Source: an uncultured Planctomycetales bacterium (GTDB lineage: Bacteria > Omnitrophota > Gorgyraeia > Gygaellales > Profunditerraquicolaceae). From it: 64,000 bases of DNA. Both the position numbers and the translations under genes were made by a program. The DNA is taken from the NCBI GenBank assembly GCA_964427405.1, contig CAYRUB010000009.1, positions 5,129 to 69,128 of the forward strand, read 5' to 3'. The notes under the pieces were generated by a model that did not search any database, had not been told where the DNA came from, and was given only the letters and a program-made list of their open reading frames with translations. Shown piece after piece: positions 29,612-39,018 of this stretch; position 1 is the stretch's first letter; every line of letters begins with the position of its first letter.

Positions 29612-30115
29612 ATGAATGTTTATTTAGTAGGATTTATGGGTACTGGAAAATCCTCTGTCGGCTGCCAGTTGGCTAAAGAGAGAGGATGTAATTTTGTTGA
29701 TTTGGATGAATTGATCGAATTGAAGGAGCAGCGCAGGATTGTGGATATTTTTGCCAAAGACGGTGAGGCGTATTTCCGTAAAATTGAGAAGAAGATCTTA
29801 AAACAGGTCTCTACGCAAAAGAAATTTGTGGTTGCCTGCGGCGGTGGGGTGGTTTTAGATAAAAGCAATATCAAACTGATGAAGAAAACCGGAATGATGA
29901 TTTGCCTTTATGCCAGCCCCGAAGAAATACTAAAGAGGGTTTCCACAAATAACGGCCGGCCGCTTTTAAATGTAGGCAAGCCGCAGAAACGCATAGAGCT
30001 TTTATTGAAAATGCGCGCGCCTTATTATATGCAAGCCGATAAAATAATTGATACATCGCATTTTTCGATTAAGCAGGTGGTTAAGAAAATATCTAAAATA
30101 CTTGCCGAAAAGTAA
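29612..30115 (+). CDS. aroK: Shikimate kinase
   Basis: GFMGTGKS, GEAYFR, GGG, RPLL. Confidence 0.96.
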   Translation: MNVYLVGFMGTGKSSVGCQLAKERGCNFVDLDELIELKEQRRIVDIFAKDGEAYFRKIEKKILKQVSTQKKFVVACGGGVVLDKSNIKLMKKTGMMICLYASPEEILKRVSTNNGRPLLNVGKPQKRIELLLKMRAPYYMQADKIIDTSHFSIKQVVKKISKILAEK

Positions 30116-31197
30116 TGAATAGTTTCGAGTCATTAGTAAGCCTGAATCTTATCCCACAGATAGGCAGTGTCCGCTTAGGGCATCTGCTTAAGTATTTTAA
30201 TAAGCCGCAAGAGATATTTAATGCCAGCCGCCAGAGCCTGGAGGCGGTTGTGGGCGGACGGATCAGCGAAAATATTGTTTCGTTTGACACCAGGAATTTA
30301 GATAATGATTTGGCTCAGGCCAAAAAAGCAGGCCTTGAGATTATTACGCTCTTTGACGAAAGGTATCCGCAAAACTTAAAGCCTATACCCGGTTTGCCGA
30401 TTGTGCTTTATGTTTCAGGTAAAATAACCGAGGCTGATAATTTAAGCCTGGGTATTGTCGGCTCTCGCCGGGCATCGCTTTATGGCCTAAGCAGCGCGGA
30501 GAAATTTGCCGCGGAGTTAGCTTTAAATAACCTGACTATTGTATCGGGAATGGCCCGGGGGGTGGATACTTATGCGCATCGCGGGGCGTTAAAAGCGGCC
30601 GGCCGCACGATCGCGGTGATGGGTAGCGGTTTTAATCACATCTATCCTTCGGAGAACCGTGGCCTGGCTGAGCAGATAGCCAAGAGCGGAGCAGTGGTTT
30701 CTGAATTCCCTATGGATACAAAGCCATTAGCGCAGAATTTTCCCCGGCGCAACCGTTTGATCAGCGGCTTGAGTTTAGGTGTTCTGGTTACTGAAGCAGC
30801 CAGGAATAGCGGGGCGTTAATTACCGTAGATTTTGCTTTGGAGCAGGGCAGGGAGGTTTTTGCTTTGCCGGGCAGAATTGATACCTGTACTTCGATGGGG
30901 ACTAATGAACTGCTTAAGCAAGGCGCTAAACTGGTTACCTGTAGCGAAGATATACTTGAGGAGTTGAATTCAGGTGTTTCTGTTAAAGATGAACAAGCTA
31001 ACCCGGAAATAGCAGAGAATATTGTATGCGCGGAAGAAGATATGCTTTATAATTGCATAAACCGCAATGCCCTGGCAATTGATGACTTGGTGGAAAAAAC
31101 ATCTTTAACCAGCAGCCAAATTTCAAGCCTGATTTTAAGATTGCAGTTTAAGAAATTAATCAAAGAATTGCCGGGCAAATATTTTATAAGGAGCTAA
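30115..31197 (+). CDS. dprA: DNA-processing protein DprA
   Basis: IVGSR, VSGMARGVD, FPRRNR, SGALIT, GREVFA; C-terminal winged helix. Confidence 0.96.
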   Translation: MNSFESLVSLNLIPQIGSVRLGHLLKYFNKPQEIFNASRQSLEAVVGGRISENIVSFDTRNLDNDLAQAKKAGLEIITLFDERYPQNLKPIPGLPIVLYVSGKITEADNLSLGIVGSRRASLYGLSSAEKFAAELALNNLTIVSGMARGVDTYAHRGALKAAGRTIAVMGSGFNHIYPSENRGLAEQIAKSGAVVSEFPMDTKPLAQNFPRRNRLISGLSLGVLVTEAARNSGALITVDFALEQGREVFALPGRIDTCTSMGTNELLKQGAKLVTCSEDILEELNSGVSVKDEQANPEIAENIVCAEEDMLYNCINRNALAIDDLVEKTSLTSSQISSLILRLQFKKLIKELPGKYFIRS

Positions 31198-33201
31198 ATG
31201 AGTAAGAATCTGGTTATTGTGGAATCGCCTACAAAGGCTAAAACCATAGGCAAGATATTGGGTGCCGATTACACCGTGGTTTCTTCTATGGGCCATATTA
31301 TCGACCTGCCGCAGAAAGAGCTGGGCGTAGATATCGATAATAAATTTAAACCGGAATATGTGGTTATCCCGTCCAGGAAGAAATTAATGACTCAATTAAG
31401 AAAAGATGCCAAGGCAAAAGAAAAAATATATGTGGCTACCGATCCTGACCGTGAAGGTGAGGCAATCGGCTGGCAGATAAAGGAAAGGGTTTTTAAGGGC
31501 AAGGATGTTTTGCGGGTAAGTTTTCATGAGATTACTCCGCATGCGGTAGGCGAGGCATTTAAAGCCGCCCGTGAGTTTGATACCAATATGATTGAAGCCC
31601 AGGTAGGCCGCAGGGTGCTCGATCGTATTGTCGGATATTTCCTGAGCCCTTTGCTTTGGAAGAAACTTGCCCGCGGTTTAAGTGCGGGGCGCGTGCAATC
31701 CGTAGCCCTGAGGTTGATTGTAGAAAGGGAGCGGCAGATTCAGGCGTTTATCGCCAGTGAGTATTGGGAGATTGTTGCGGAGTTATTTAAACCCAAGGTT
31801 TCCGGGGAGAGTAATTTTTGCGCCAAGCTTGAGAAGATTGAAAATAAGAAAACAGAGATTGAAACTGAAAAAGACGCGCAGAATATTGTAAACGAACTGA
31901 AGGATAAAGAGTTTAAAGTTGTTGAAATTAAACAGACTGAAAAAAAGCGTTATGCCCCGGCGCCGTTTATTACCAGTACGATGCAGCAGGAGGCGTTTAA
32001 TAAACTCAGGTTTAATGCTTCAAAGACCATGATTGTGGCGCAGCAGCTTTATGAAGGGATTGATATCGGCGGGGATAATCCGTTAGGTTTGATTACATAT
32101 ATGCGTACAGATTCTCCGAATACTGCTCCCGAAGCCATTACTGAGGTGCGTGAGCATATCGGCAGGATTTTCGGCAAGGATTTTCTCCCCGAGAATCCCA
32201 ATGTTTTTAAGGCCAGGAAGTCCGCGCAGCAGGCGCATGAGGCAATCCGGCCGAGTTATATCTCGCGTTCACCGGAAAGCATGAAGGATTTTCTCACTCA
32301 TGAGCAGTTTCGTTTATATGAATTAATTTATAACCGTTTTTTAGCCAGTCAGATGAAACCCGCGGAGTTTCTTGCTACTGCAGTGGATATCGCCGCGGGA
32401 AAATATTTATTTGTAGCCAATGGCAGCCATTTACTTTTTGAAGGTTTTCTGGCAGCTTATAATAAGACCGAAGAGGAGGAAAAAGAGGGGGAGGAAGATG
32501 AGAAAGAAAAAAATAAGAATGTGATCCCTCCGCTTACGCAAGGCGAGGTCCTTGGCTTAAACAAGCTCACTCCTTCGCAGCATTTTACTAAGCCGCCTGC
32601 CAGGTTCTCGGATAGCTCTTTAGTTAAAGCGCTGGAAGAGGAGGGGATTGGCCGGCCTTCAACTTACGCTCCGATTATGTATACGCTTATTTTACGCGAT
32701 TATGTGCGCCGGATTAAAGGTTATCTTAATCCTACAGAGTTGGGTTTTAAGGTGATCGATATGCTGGTAGAATATTTCCCAAAGATTATAGATGTTAAGT
32801 TCACCGCGCTTATGGAGGAAAAACTTGACGAGATTGAAGAAGGCAGGCTTAAGCGCATTGAAGTATTAGAAGAGTTCTATGCGCCTTTTAAGGAGAGCTT
32901 GGATTTTGCCCAGGCAAATATTAAGAAGGAAGTTATAACTACTGACCAGCTTTGTGATAAATGCGGTAAACCTCTAATTGTAAAGTGGGGCAGGCGCGGA
33001 AAATTCTTAAGCTGTTCGGATTTTCCAACCTGCAAGAATTCAAAATCTATTACTTCGGGCGTTAAATGCCCTATAGAGAATTGCGGCGGAGAACTGATTG
33101 AACGGCGTTCAAAGCGCGGGTTTTTCTTTGGTTGTTCAAATTTTCCCAAATGCACATTTACCTCGCGGACATTGCCGCAAGATAAAGAAGAGGCTAAATG
33201 A
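31198..33201 (+). CDS. topA: DNA topoisomerase I
   Basis: IVESPTK, DPDREGE, SAGRVQS, ITYMRTD, AHEAIRP, GIGRPSTY; zinc ribbons. Confidence 0.98.
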   Translation: MSKNLVIVESPTKAKTIGKILGADYTVVSSMGHIIDLPQKELGVDIDNKFKPEYVVIPSRKKLMTQLRKDAKAKEKIYVATDPDREGEAIGWQIKERVFKGKDVLRVSFHEITPHAVGEAFKAAREFDTNMIEAQVGRRVLDRIVGYFLSPLLWKKLARGLSAGRVQSVALRLIVERERQIQAFIASEYWEIVAELFKPKVSGESNFCAKLEKIENKKTEIETEKDAQNIVNELKDKEFKVVEIKQTEKKRYAPAPFITSTMQQEAFNKLRFNASKTMIVAQQLYEGIDIGGDNPLGLITYMRTDSPNTAPEAITEVREHIGRIFGKDFLPENPNVFKARKSAQQAHEAIRPSYISRSPESMKDFLTHEQFRLYELIYNRFLASQMKPAEFLATAVDIAAGKYLFVANGSHLLFEGFLAAYNKTEEEEKEGEEDEKEKNKNVIPPLTQGEVLGLNKLTPSQHFTKPPARFSDSSLVKALEEEGIGRPSTYAPIMYTLILRDYVRRIKGYLNPTELGFKVIDMLVEYFPKIIDVKFTALMEEKLDEIEEGRLKRIEVLEEFYAPFKESLDFAQANIKKEVITTDQLCDKCGKPLIVKWGRRGKFLSCSDFPTCKNSKSITSGVKCPIENCGGELIERRSKRGFFFGCSNFPKCTFTSRTLPQDKEEAK

Positions 33202-33280
33202 ACTTTGTAAATTTCTCGCTCAGGTCGTGCTTTCGCAGAGGCGAAAGTACGACATTCGCTGCGAAATTTACCAAGTTCAT
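33198..33280. repeat. Long imperfect hairpin overlapping the topA stop codon
   Basis: atgaactt/aagttcat, gtaaatttc/gaaatttac, gtcgtgctttcgc/gcgaaagtacgac. Confidence 0.75.
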
Positions 33281-33291
33281 TCTATGGTGTC

Positions 33292-33460
33292 TTTTAGGGG
33301 TGGCGAGTCTTGGACTCGAGCAGCATCTCAAAATTTGAACGGGCACGGTTGCCCCGCTAATAGTGTTAGGCAGAGCGAAAATTTTGCCGAAGCGTAGCGA
33401 GCCACGCTGGGGCGAGCAAGCGGTGCAGCGAGAGACAAGACTCGACAGGACCCGCTAAAA
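33292..33460 (+). repeat. Palindromic element, family A (long copy carrying a family C module)
   Basis: Termini ttttag/ctaaaa; GGGTGGCGAGTCTTG...CAAGACTCGACAGGACCC; internal gccacgctggggc is the reverse complement of the family C loop. Confidence 0.85.
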
Positions 33461-33475
33461 CAGGATAGATAGGAT

Positions 33476-34345
33476 ATGGAAAAATATATTGAGAAGTTTG
33501 TACGCTATATGGAGATAGAAAAGAATTATTCCAGCCATACTGTTGTTAATTATAAATTAGACCTTAAGGATTACAGCAGGTTTCTTGCCGGTGCGGAATT
33601 AGAAAAGATAGATTATCTTTCTCTTAGGAAATATCTGGCGGTATTAAAAGAAAAGAATTTAGGTAACCGTACAGTTGGCCGCCGGCTTTCGGCTTTGCGC
33701 AGTTTCTTTAGGTTTTTGTCCCGTGAGGGATACATCAAAACAAATCCTATTCTTATGCTTTCCAGCCCTAAACTGGATAAGCATCTGCCTTCGTTTATGA
33801 CGGAAGAGGAAGTTAAAAAGCTTATTGAGTCAGCTTTTGCCAGGAACGGAACAGACATCTTGGGTTTACGCGACCGGGCAATTTTAGAGACATTTTACTC
33901 CAGCGGCCTGCGCATTTCAGAGCTGGTGGGGTTAAACTTAGACGATATTGATTTTATCAGCGGTATTGTAAAGATCAGAGGTAAAGGAAAAAAAGAAAGG
34001 ATTGTCCCGATCGGTGAAGCGGCACTTTTAACTATCAGAAAATATTTGGATAAAAGGAAAAAAGAGTCTTCCGCTGTATTCTTAAATAATAATTCTCGGC
34101 GCATTACTACGCGCGGGGTGCGCTATATTTTGGTAAAATACCTGCATTTGGCCGAGATAAAACCGGGGGTTTCCGCGCACACCTTCCGGCATTCTTTTGC
34201 TACGCATCTTTTAAACCGCGGGGCAGACCTGCGCACAGTGCAGGAGCTCTTGGGGCATGCGAATTTATCCACCACACAGATTTACACACATTTAACAACT
34301 GAAAAACTAAAAAGTGTTTATGATAAGGCGCATCCGCATGCATAA
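33476..34345 (+). CDS. xerC: Tyrosine recombinase XerC
   Basis: RDRAILE, GLRISE, GKGKKER, HTFRHSFATHLL, LLGH, TTQIY; lies after dprA-topA. Confidence 0.9.
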   Translation: MEKYIEKFVRYMEIEKNYSSHTVVNYKLDLKDYSRFLAGAELEKIDYLSLRKYLAVLKEKNLGNRTVGRRLSALRSFFRFLSREGYIKTNPILMLSSPKLDKHLPSFMTEEEVKKLIESAFARNGTDILGLRDRAILETFYSSGLRISELVGLNLDDIDFISGIVKIRGKGKKERIVPIGEAALLTIRKYLDKRKKESSAVFLNNNSRRITTRGVRYILVKYLHLAEIKPGVSAHTFRHSFATHLLNRGADLRTVQELLGHANLSTTQIYTHLTTEKLKSVYDKAHPHA

Positions 34346-34375
34346 ATATAACAGGTAGGGGGTAGGGGAAGGTAG

Positions 34376-35647
34376 ATGTTTATATTTTATGACGTGATAT
34401 TCTTAATTTTTACGGCTGTATATTTGCCCATTTATTTGTTTAAAGGAAAATTTCATCATGGATTCTTTAGGCGGCTTGGATTTTTACCGGAGGGTCTGAA
34501 TCTGGACAGGCCGATTTGGATCCATGCGGTAAGCGTTGGCGAGGCTGTTTCCGTAAAGGGGTTGGTTGGCGAATTAAGAAAAGCTTATCCTCATAAAAAG
34601 TTAGTTATCTCTACTGTGACTGCCACGGGTAATAAAATCGCGCGAGGTTTAATCGGCGATGGCGACCTTCTGACTTATCTTCCGTTGGATTTTAGTTTTA
34701 TTGTAAGAAAAGTAATAAAGAAAATTAACCCATCCTTGTTTATCATCGCGGAAACAGAAATCTGGCCGAATTTAATTACCTGCCTGCATAAACAGAAAGT
34801 TCCGGTAGTTACGGTTAACGGCAGGATTTCCGATAGATCTTATTCCGGTTATCGGGCGATAAAATTATTGATCCGCCCGATTTTAAGGAAGGTCGGAAAA
34901 TTCTGCGTGCAATCCGAAACTGATGCCTTGAGATTAGTAAATTTGGGGGTAGATAAAGGGAATATTCAGGTTACAGGAAATGTCAAATTTGATATAAACT
35001 TAGAAGCAGCGGTAGGGTTTGATCCTTTAGCCGGCCGCAGGAAGCTTATGTTAGGTCTGGATGATAAATTATGGGTTTGTGGCAGTACGCATCCGGGTGA
35101 GGAAGAAATAATTATAAAGGCCTATAAGGAACTTTTGCTTAGTTTCCCAAAATTAAAATTACTTCTTGTCCCGCGTCATCCGGAACGCAGTAGGGATGTC
35201 GGCAGGTTGGTTTCGGGCAATTCCTTTATGCCGGTTTTTATTTCAAGCATATCCGGAGCATGCCCTACCTGCATTAATAACCCCGTATTTATTCTTGATG
35301 TTATGGGAGAGTTGCTTAACTATTATTCTGCCGCGGATTTTGTTTTTATCGGAGGCAGCCTGGTTAAGACCGGCGGGCACAATATACTTGAGCCGGCGAG
35401 CCAAAAAAAGCCGGTAACCTTCGGGCCGTATATGTTTAACTTTCGGGATATTGCTAAATTGTTCCTGGAAAATAAAGCTGCTGTTATGGTAGCTGATTAT
35501 CAGGATTTGGTAAATAAAGCAAAAGAAATATTGGCCAGTAATTTGCTGTCTAAACAAATGGTTGAGCGTGCCTATGAATTGATTATTAGGAATAAGGGGG
35601 CGACTAAAAAGAATATTGAGGTTATTAAACAGTTAATATTAGCTTAA
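34376..35647 (+). CDS. waaA: Kdo transferase
   Basis: WIHAVSVGE, ETEIWPN, GSTH, PRHPER, GGHNILEPA. Confidence 0.96.
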   Translation: MFIFYDVIFLIFTAVYLPIYLFKGKFHHGFFRRLGFLPEGLNLDRPIWIHAVSVGEAVSVKGLVGELRKAYPHKKLVISTVTATGNKIARGLIGDGDLLTYLPLDFSFIVRKVIKKINPSLFIIAETEIWPNLITCLHKQKVPVVTVNGRISDRSYSGYRAIKLLIRPILRKVGKFCVQSETDALRLVNLGVDKGNIQVTGNVKFDINLEAAVGFDPLAGRRKLMLGLDDKLWVCGSTHPGEEEIIIKAYKELLLSFPKLKLLLVPRHPERSRDVGRLVSGNSFMPVFISSISGACPTCINNPVFILDVMGELLNYYSAADFVFIGGSLVKTGGHNILEPASQKKPVTFGPYMFNFRDIAKLFLENKAAVMVADYQDLVNKAKEILASNLLSKQMVERAYELIIRNKGATKKNIEVIKQLILA

Positions 35648-35659
35648 AGGGAGTCTAGC

Positions 35660-36130
35660 ATGAGCGGAGAAATTTATTTAACTCAGGAAGGTTATGAAAA
35701 ATTATCCGGGGAACTTGAATACCTGAAGACGGTTAAGCGCCGGCAGCTTTCCAAGGCGGTAGGCGAGGCCCGGGCGCACGGAGATATCAGCGAGAATGCC
35801 GAGTATGACGCGGCTAAGGATGCTCAGGGGCATAATGAAAAACAAATCGTAGAGCTTGAAGATAAGCTTTCCCGGGTGCGCATACTGGATAAAGATATTC
35901 CTCAGGATCAGGTTTTAATCGGTGCTAAAGTTAAATTAATGGATATGGATACAGAAGAAGAGATGGAGTATACGTTAGTTTCGGAATTAGAGGCAGATTA
36001 TAATCAAAATAAGATTTCGGTGACTTCTCCTGTGGGTGAGGGTTTGTTGGGGCATAAAGAGGGTGAGGTTGCCGAGATAAAGGTTCCGGCAGGCCTGTTG
36101 AAATATAAAATAATCAAAATATCGCGCTAG
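35660..36130 (+). CDS. greA: Transcription elongation factor GreA
   Basis: ARAHGDISENAEY, ISVTSPVG. Confidence 0.97.
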   Translation: MSGEIYLTQEGYEKLSGELEYLKTVKRRQLSKAVGEARAHGDISENAEYDAAKDAQGHNEKQIVELEDKLSRVRILDKDIPQDQVLIGAKVKLMDMDTEEEMEYTLVSELEADYNQNKISVTSPVGEGLLGHKEGEVAEIKVPAGLLKYKIIKISR

Positions 36131-36136
36131 GTACTT

Positions 36137-36574
36137 ATGGAAAAGTTTATGCAAGAGGCAATTAAGGAAGCGAAAAAAAGCTTGGGCCAGCGGGGAATTC
36201 CTATCGGAGCGGTATTAGTTAAAAACGGTTTAATTATCGCCAGGGGTCATAATCGGCGCATACAAAAGAGTTCAGTGATTTTGCACGCAGAGATGGATTG
36301 CCTGGAGAATGCCGGTAGGTTAAAAAGCGCGGATTACAAAAAGTGCGTTATTTATTCCACGCTTTCTCCCTGCGATATGTGCATGGGAGCAATCCTGCTT
36401 TATAAAATACCTAAGGTGGTAATCGGGGAGAATAAAACTTTTAAGGGGCCTGAGAGTTATGCAAGGAAGAGAGGGGTAAAGATCGTAAATTTAGATTCAG
36501 TGGACTGTAAACAATTAATGCAGCAGTTTATTAAAAATAATCCTGGTTTATGGAATGAGGATATCGGGAAGTAG
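36137..36574 (+). CDS. Cytosine/creatinine deaminase-like CDA-family protein
   Basis: PIG, GHNRR, HAEMDCLENAGR, PCDMC, WNEDIG (yeast FCY1-like). Confidence 0.88.
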   Translation: MEKFMQEAIKEAKKSLGQRGIPIGAVLVKNGLIIARGHNRRIQKSSVILHAEMDCLENAGRLKSADYKKCVIYSTLSPCDMCMGAILLYKIPKVVIGENKTFKGPESYARKRGVKIVNLDSVDCKQLMQQFIKNNPGLWNEDIGK

Positions 36575-36577
36575 GCT

Positions 36578-36748
36578 ATGGAGCTTGAGAAGATTGGCCA
36601 CTTGAAAGTGCAGATTTTTAAGATCAAAAACCGCAAAGGCTATGCGGCTGTTTGCTTTGATCATCTTACTGAGGGCGCGTCAGCTCAGGAGGCTTATGCA
36701 CGTATGGTCAAAGCCTTGCGTCGGAGCAACAATAAAGACCTTATTTAA
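36578..36748 (+). CDS. 56-aa protein missing from the ORF track, HicB-N-like
   Basis: MELEKIGHLKVQIFKIKNRKGYAAVCFDHLTEGASAQEAYARMVKALRRSNNKDLI; fills the gap, 3 nt after the upstream stop and 7 nt before the next ATG. Confidence 0.7.
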   Translation: MELEKIGHLKVQIFKIKNRKGYAAVCFDHLTEGASAQEAYARMVKALRRSNNKDLI

Positions 36749-36755
36749 TAAATAC

Positions 36756-37181
36756 ATGTTTAAACCTAAAACGCAATGTTTGAATTGTAAGGCTTCCGCC
36801 AGGTGCCGGGATACTGCTGTTTCCTGGGTATTCCTTTTTATCGGAGTAATCGCCACAATCTCCGTCAGGGTAGTAAACCTTGTTTTATCCTTCGGATTAT
36901 TCTGGCCAAAGTTTTTCTGGTATTTAGGCGTAGCGGGTTTCTTTTTGTATTTTCTCTATAAATTCAGGCAGGATAAGATATTGCGCCAGGAATTGGAAAA
37001 ATATCAAATCCATAATAAAATTTCGATCAACCAGGATTTAGATGCCAATGATAGGGAATTTCTGCGCACAATGCTTTGCAGCCTGCGTTCAAACAAAGAT
37101 GCTATAAATTATTTTTTTATTTTTTCCAGCTCTGCCATAGTTATGATCCTGGCGGTTTATCAGGATTTTATAAAGAAATGA
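36756..37181 (+). CDS. Hypothetical membrane protein
   Basis: Start reassigned to ATG 36756. N-terminal CxxC-x5-C and three TM segments; stop overlaps the next ATG. Confidence 0.75.
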   Translation: MFKPKTQCLNCKASARCRDTAVSWVFLFIGVIATISVRVVNLVLSFGLFWPKFFWYLGVAGFFLYFLYKFRQDKILRQELEKYQIHNKISINQDLDANDREFLRTMLCSLRSNKDAINYFFIFSSSAIVMILAVYQDFIKK

Positions 37182-38095
37182 AAACGAAAGATTGGATCTT
37201 ACTTTCGCGTATCCCGTTCTTAGGCGTAGTTATACTGCCATATCTTTTGGGTACGTTGCTTGCGCAGCGGCTTACGGGTGGATTTAGCTTGGTAGTTTTC
37301 TTGTTGGGTTTATTGGGTTCTGTCCTTATACAATTAGGCGCTCATTATAGCGGAGAGATTTACGATATCAGGGAAGATAGCCGCTCAGCAGTTTTAGGTA
37401 AAAACCCTTTTAGCGGCGGTAGCCAGGTGTTGGTTAGGAGATTAATTTCTGAGGACAAAGTAAAAATCCTGGCCTATGCGGTTGTTTTACTGGCTTTAGC
37501 AATAGGAGTGGTTTTACAGTTTTATTTTAAAACCGGAAAATGGACTCTTTTATTGGGTGTCTCAGGGGTAATCTGCGGGTTATTTTATTCTAAACCGCCC
37601 CTGCGCTGGGTGAGCCGGGGGCTGGGTGAGATTTTTATCGCTTATAGTTTCGGTTTATTAGCCGTAAATGCCGGTTTTTATATACAGGCATTCAGGTTTG
37701 ATATTTTAGCTGTTTTTGTTTCTCTGTCTGTTGCCTGCGCAGTGGCAAATATAATCCTGATCAATGAATATCTTGATTATGAGGCGGATAAAGAGGCAGG
37801 GAAAAATAATTTATTGGTACGCGTAGGCAAAATAAAGAGCGCTTTCATTTATGCCTTACTTGTTGTTTGCGCGGGATTGAGTTTTTTCCTCGCTTTAGCT
37901 AAGGGGCTGCCTGTGGTCAGCGTATTTTTTTATTTTCCGGTATTAATTACCTCTGTTATATTGGCTTTTTTAATGCTCAAAGGCGCGTATAAAAACAGGT
38001 TTATGCTCCAGGGTATGTGTGCAATGACTATTCTGGTTAATTTAGGGACGTCTTTATCTTGCATGCTGGGATTGTTTTTAGGCAAAGTAAGGTGA
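37178..38095 (+). CDS. UbiA/MenA family prenyltransferase
   Basis: Start reassigned to ATG 37178. FSGGS, YSKPP, GLGE, INEYLDYEAD..AGK; multi-TM. Confidence 0.9.
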   Translation: MKTKDWILLSRIPFLGVVILPYLLGTLLAQRLTGGFSLVVFLLGLLGSVLIQLGAHYSGEIYDIREDSRSAVLGKNPFSGGSQVLVRRLISEDKVKILAYAVVLLALAIGVVLQFYFKTGKWTLLLGVSGVICGLFYSKPPLRWVSRGLGEIFIAYSFGLLAVNAGFYIQAFRFDILAVFVSLSVACAVANIILINEYLDYEADKEAGKNNLLVRVGKIKSAFIYALLVVCAGLSFFLALAKGLPVVSVFFYFPVLITSVILAFLMLKGAYKNRFMLQGMCAMTILVNLGTSLSCMLGLFLGKVR

Positions 38096-38102
38096 AAAAC
38101 TA

Positions 38103-38579
38103 ATGAAAAATCATGATGAGAAATTTATGCGCTTGGCTATAGAAAAGGCCAGGCAAGGGGTAAGAAAAGGCCAGACGCCTTTTGGCGCCTGTATTGTAAA
38201 GGGAAATAAAGTTATTGCCTGTTGTCATAATCTCGTCTGGAAGAATACCGATATTACCGCGCACGCGGAAATAACCGCTATCCGCCTGGCCTGTAAGAGG
38301 CTTAAGAAAGTTGATTTAAGCGGCTGTGTTATTTATTCTACATGTGAACCCTGTCCGATGTGTTTTGCGGCTTGTCATTGGGCAAGGATCTCGCGCATTG
38401 TTTTCGGCTGCGCGATTAAAGATGCCGAGAAATATGGTTTCAATGAATTGAGGGTATCTAATCTTAAATTAAGGCAGTTGGCAAAAATTAAAATCAGCCT
38501 TACACCGTCAATATCGGTGAAGGAAAATATTAAACTTTTTGATTTTTGGCAAAAGCAGGCAAGGCCCAGGGCTTATTAA
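38103..38579 (+). CDS. Nucleoside/guanine deaminase (CDA family)
   Basis: PFGA, TAHAEI, CEPCPMC, WARI. Confidence 0.9.
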   Translation: MKNHDEKFMRLAIEKARQGVRKGQTPFGACIVKGNKVIACCHNLVWKNTDITAHAEITAIRLACKRLKKVDLSGCVIYSTCEPCPMCFAACHWARISRIVFGCAIKDAEKYGFNELRVSNLKLRQLAKIKISLTPSISVKENIKLFDFWQKQARPRAY

Positions 38580-38585
38580 CTAACC

Positions 38586-38614
38586 TTGTAATATGTGCCT
38601 GGGTATGTTAGCAT
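38586..38614 (+). promoter_or_regulatory. Putative sigma70 promoter
   Basis: TTGTAA-N17-TAGCAT with a TG extension. Confidence 0.4.
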
Positions 38615-38634
38615 GCTTAAAAAATGAGGAATAA

Positions 38635-39018
38635 ATGTACAGGGTAGAAATTACACATAATCAGGATATGGCTTTTAGCGTTAAGGCAGGTGAAAGTGAA
38701 TTTCTTATTGATGCAAAAGGAAAAGGGGTAACTCCGCTGGATGCGCTTCTGGCGGGTTTAGGCAGCTGTATCGGCGTTTATATCCGTAAATACGCGGAAG
38801 GCTCAAAATTAAAGCTGGAGAATTTTAAGGTTAATGTTTCTGCCGAACTTTCCAGGGAATCCCCGTTATCCTTCAGGCAGATCAGCGTGGAGATAGATTT
38901 GAAATCCTGCTTAATTGATGAGCGCAGGCAAAGGGCGCTTTTGGAGTTTATTAAAAACTGCCCCGCGCACAATACTTTGAAATCAAACCCGCTAATTGAA
39001 TTTAAGTTAACATGTTAG
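38635..39018 (+). CDS. OsmC family protein
   Basis: TPLDALLAGLGSC...CPAHNTL. Confidence 0.9.
   Translation: MYRVEITHNQDMAFSVKAGESEFLIDAKGKGVTPLDALLAGLGSCIGVYIRKYAEGSKLKLENFKVNVSAELSRESPLSFRQISVEIDLKSCLIDERRQRALLEFIKNCPAHNTLKSNPLIEFKLTC

Noticed and set aside
33476-34345. Tyrosine recombinase as a phage or island integrase
   Set aside because: Size, motifs and dprA-topA-xerC context fit housekeeping XerC; no att sites or cargo are evident.
34352-34375. G-rich tract ggtagggggtaggggaaggtag before waaA
   Set aside because: Short, and explainable as an SD-like region; only two long G-runs, so weak quadruplex evidence.
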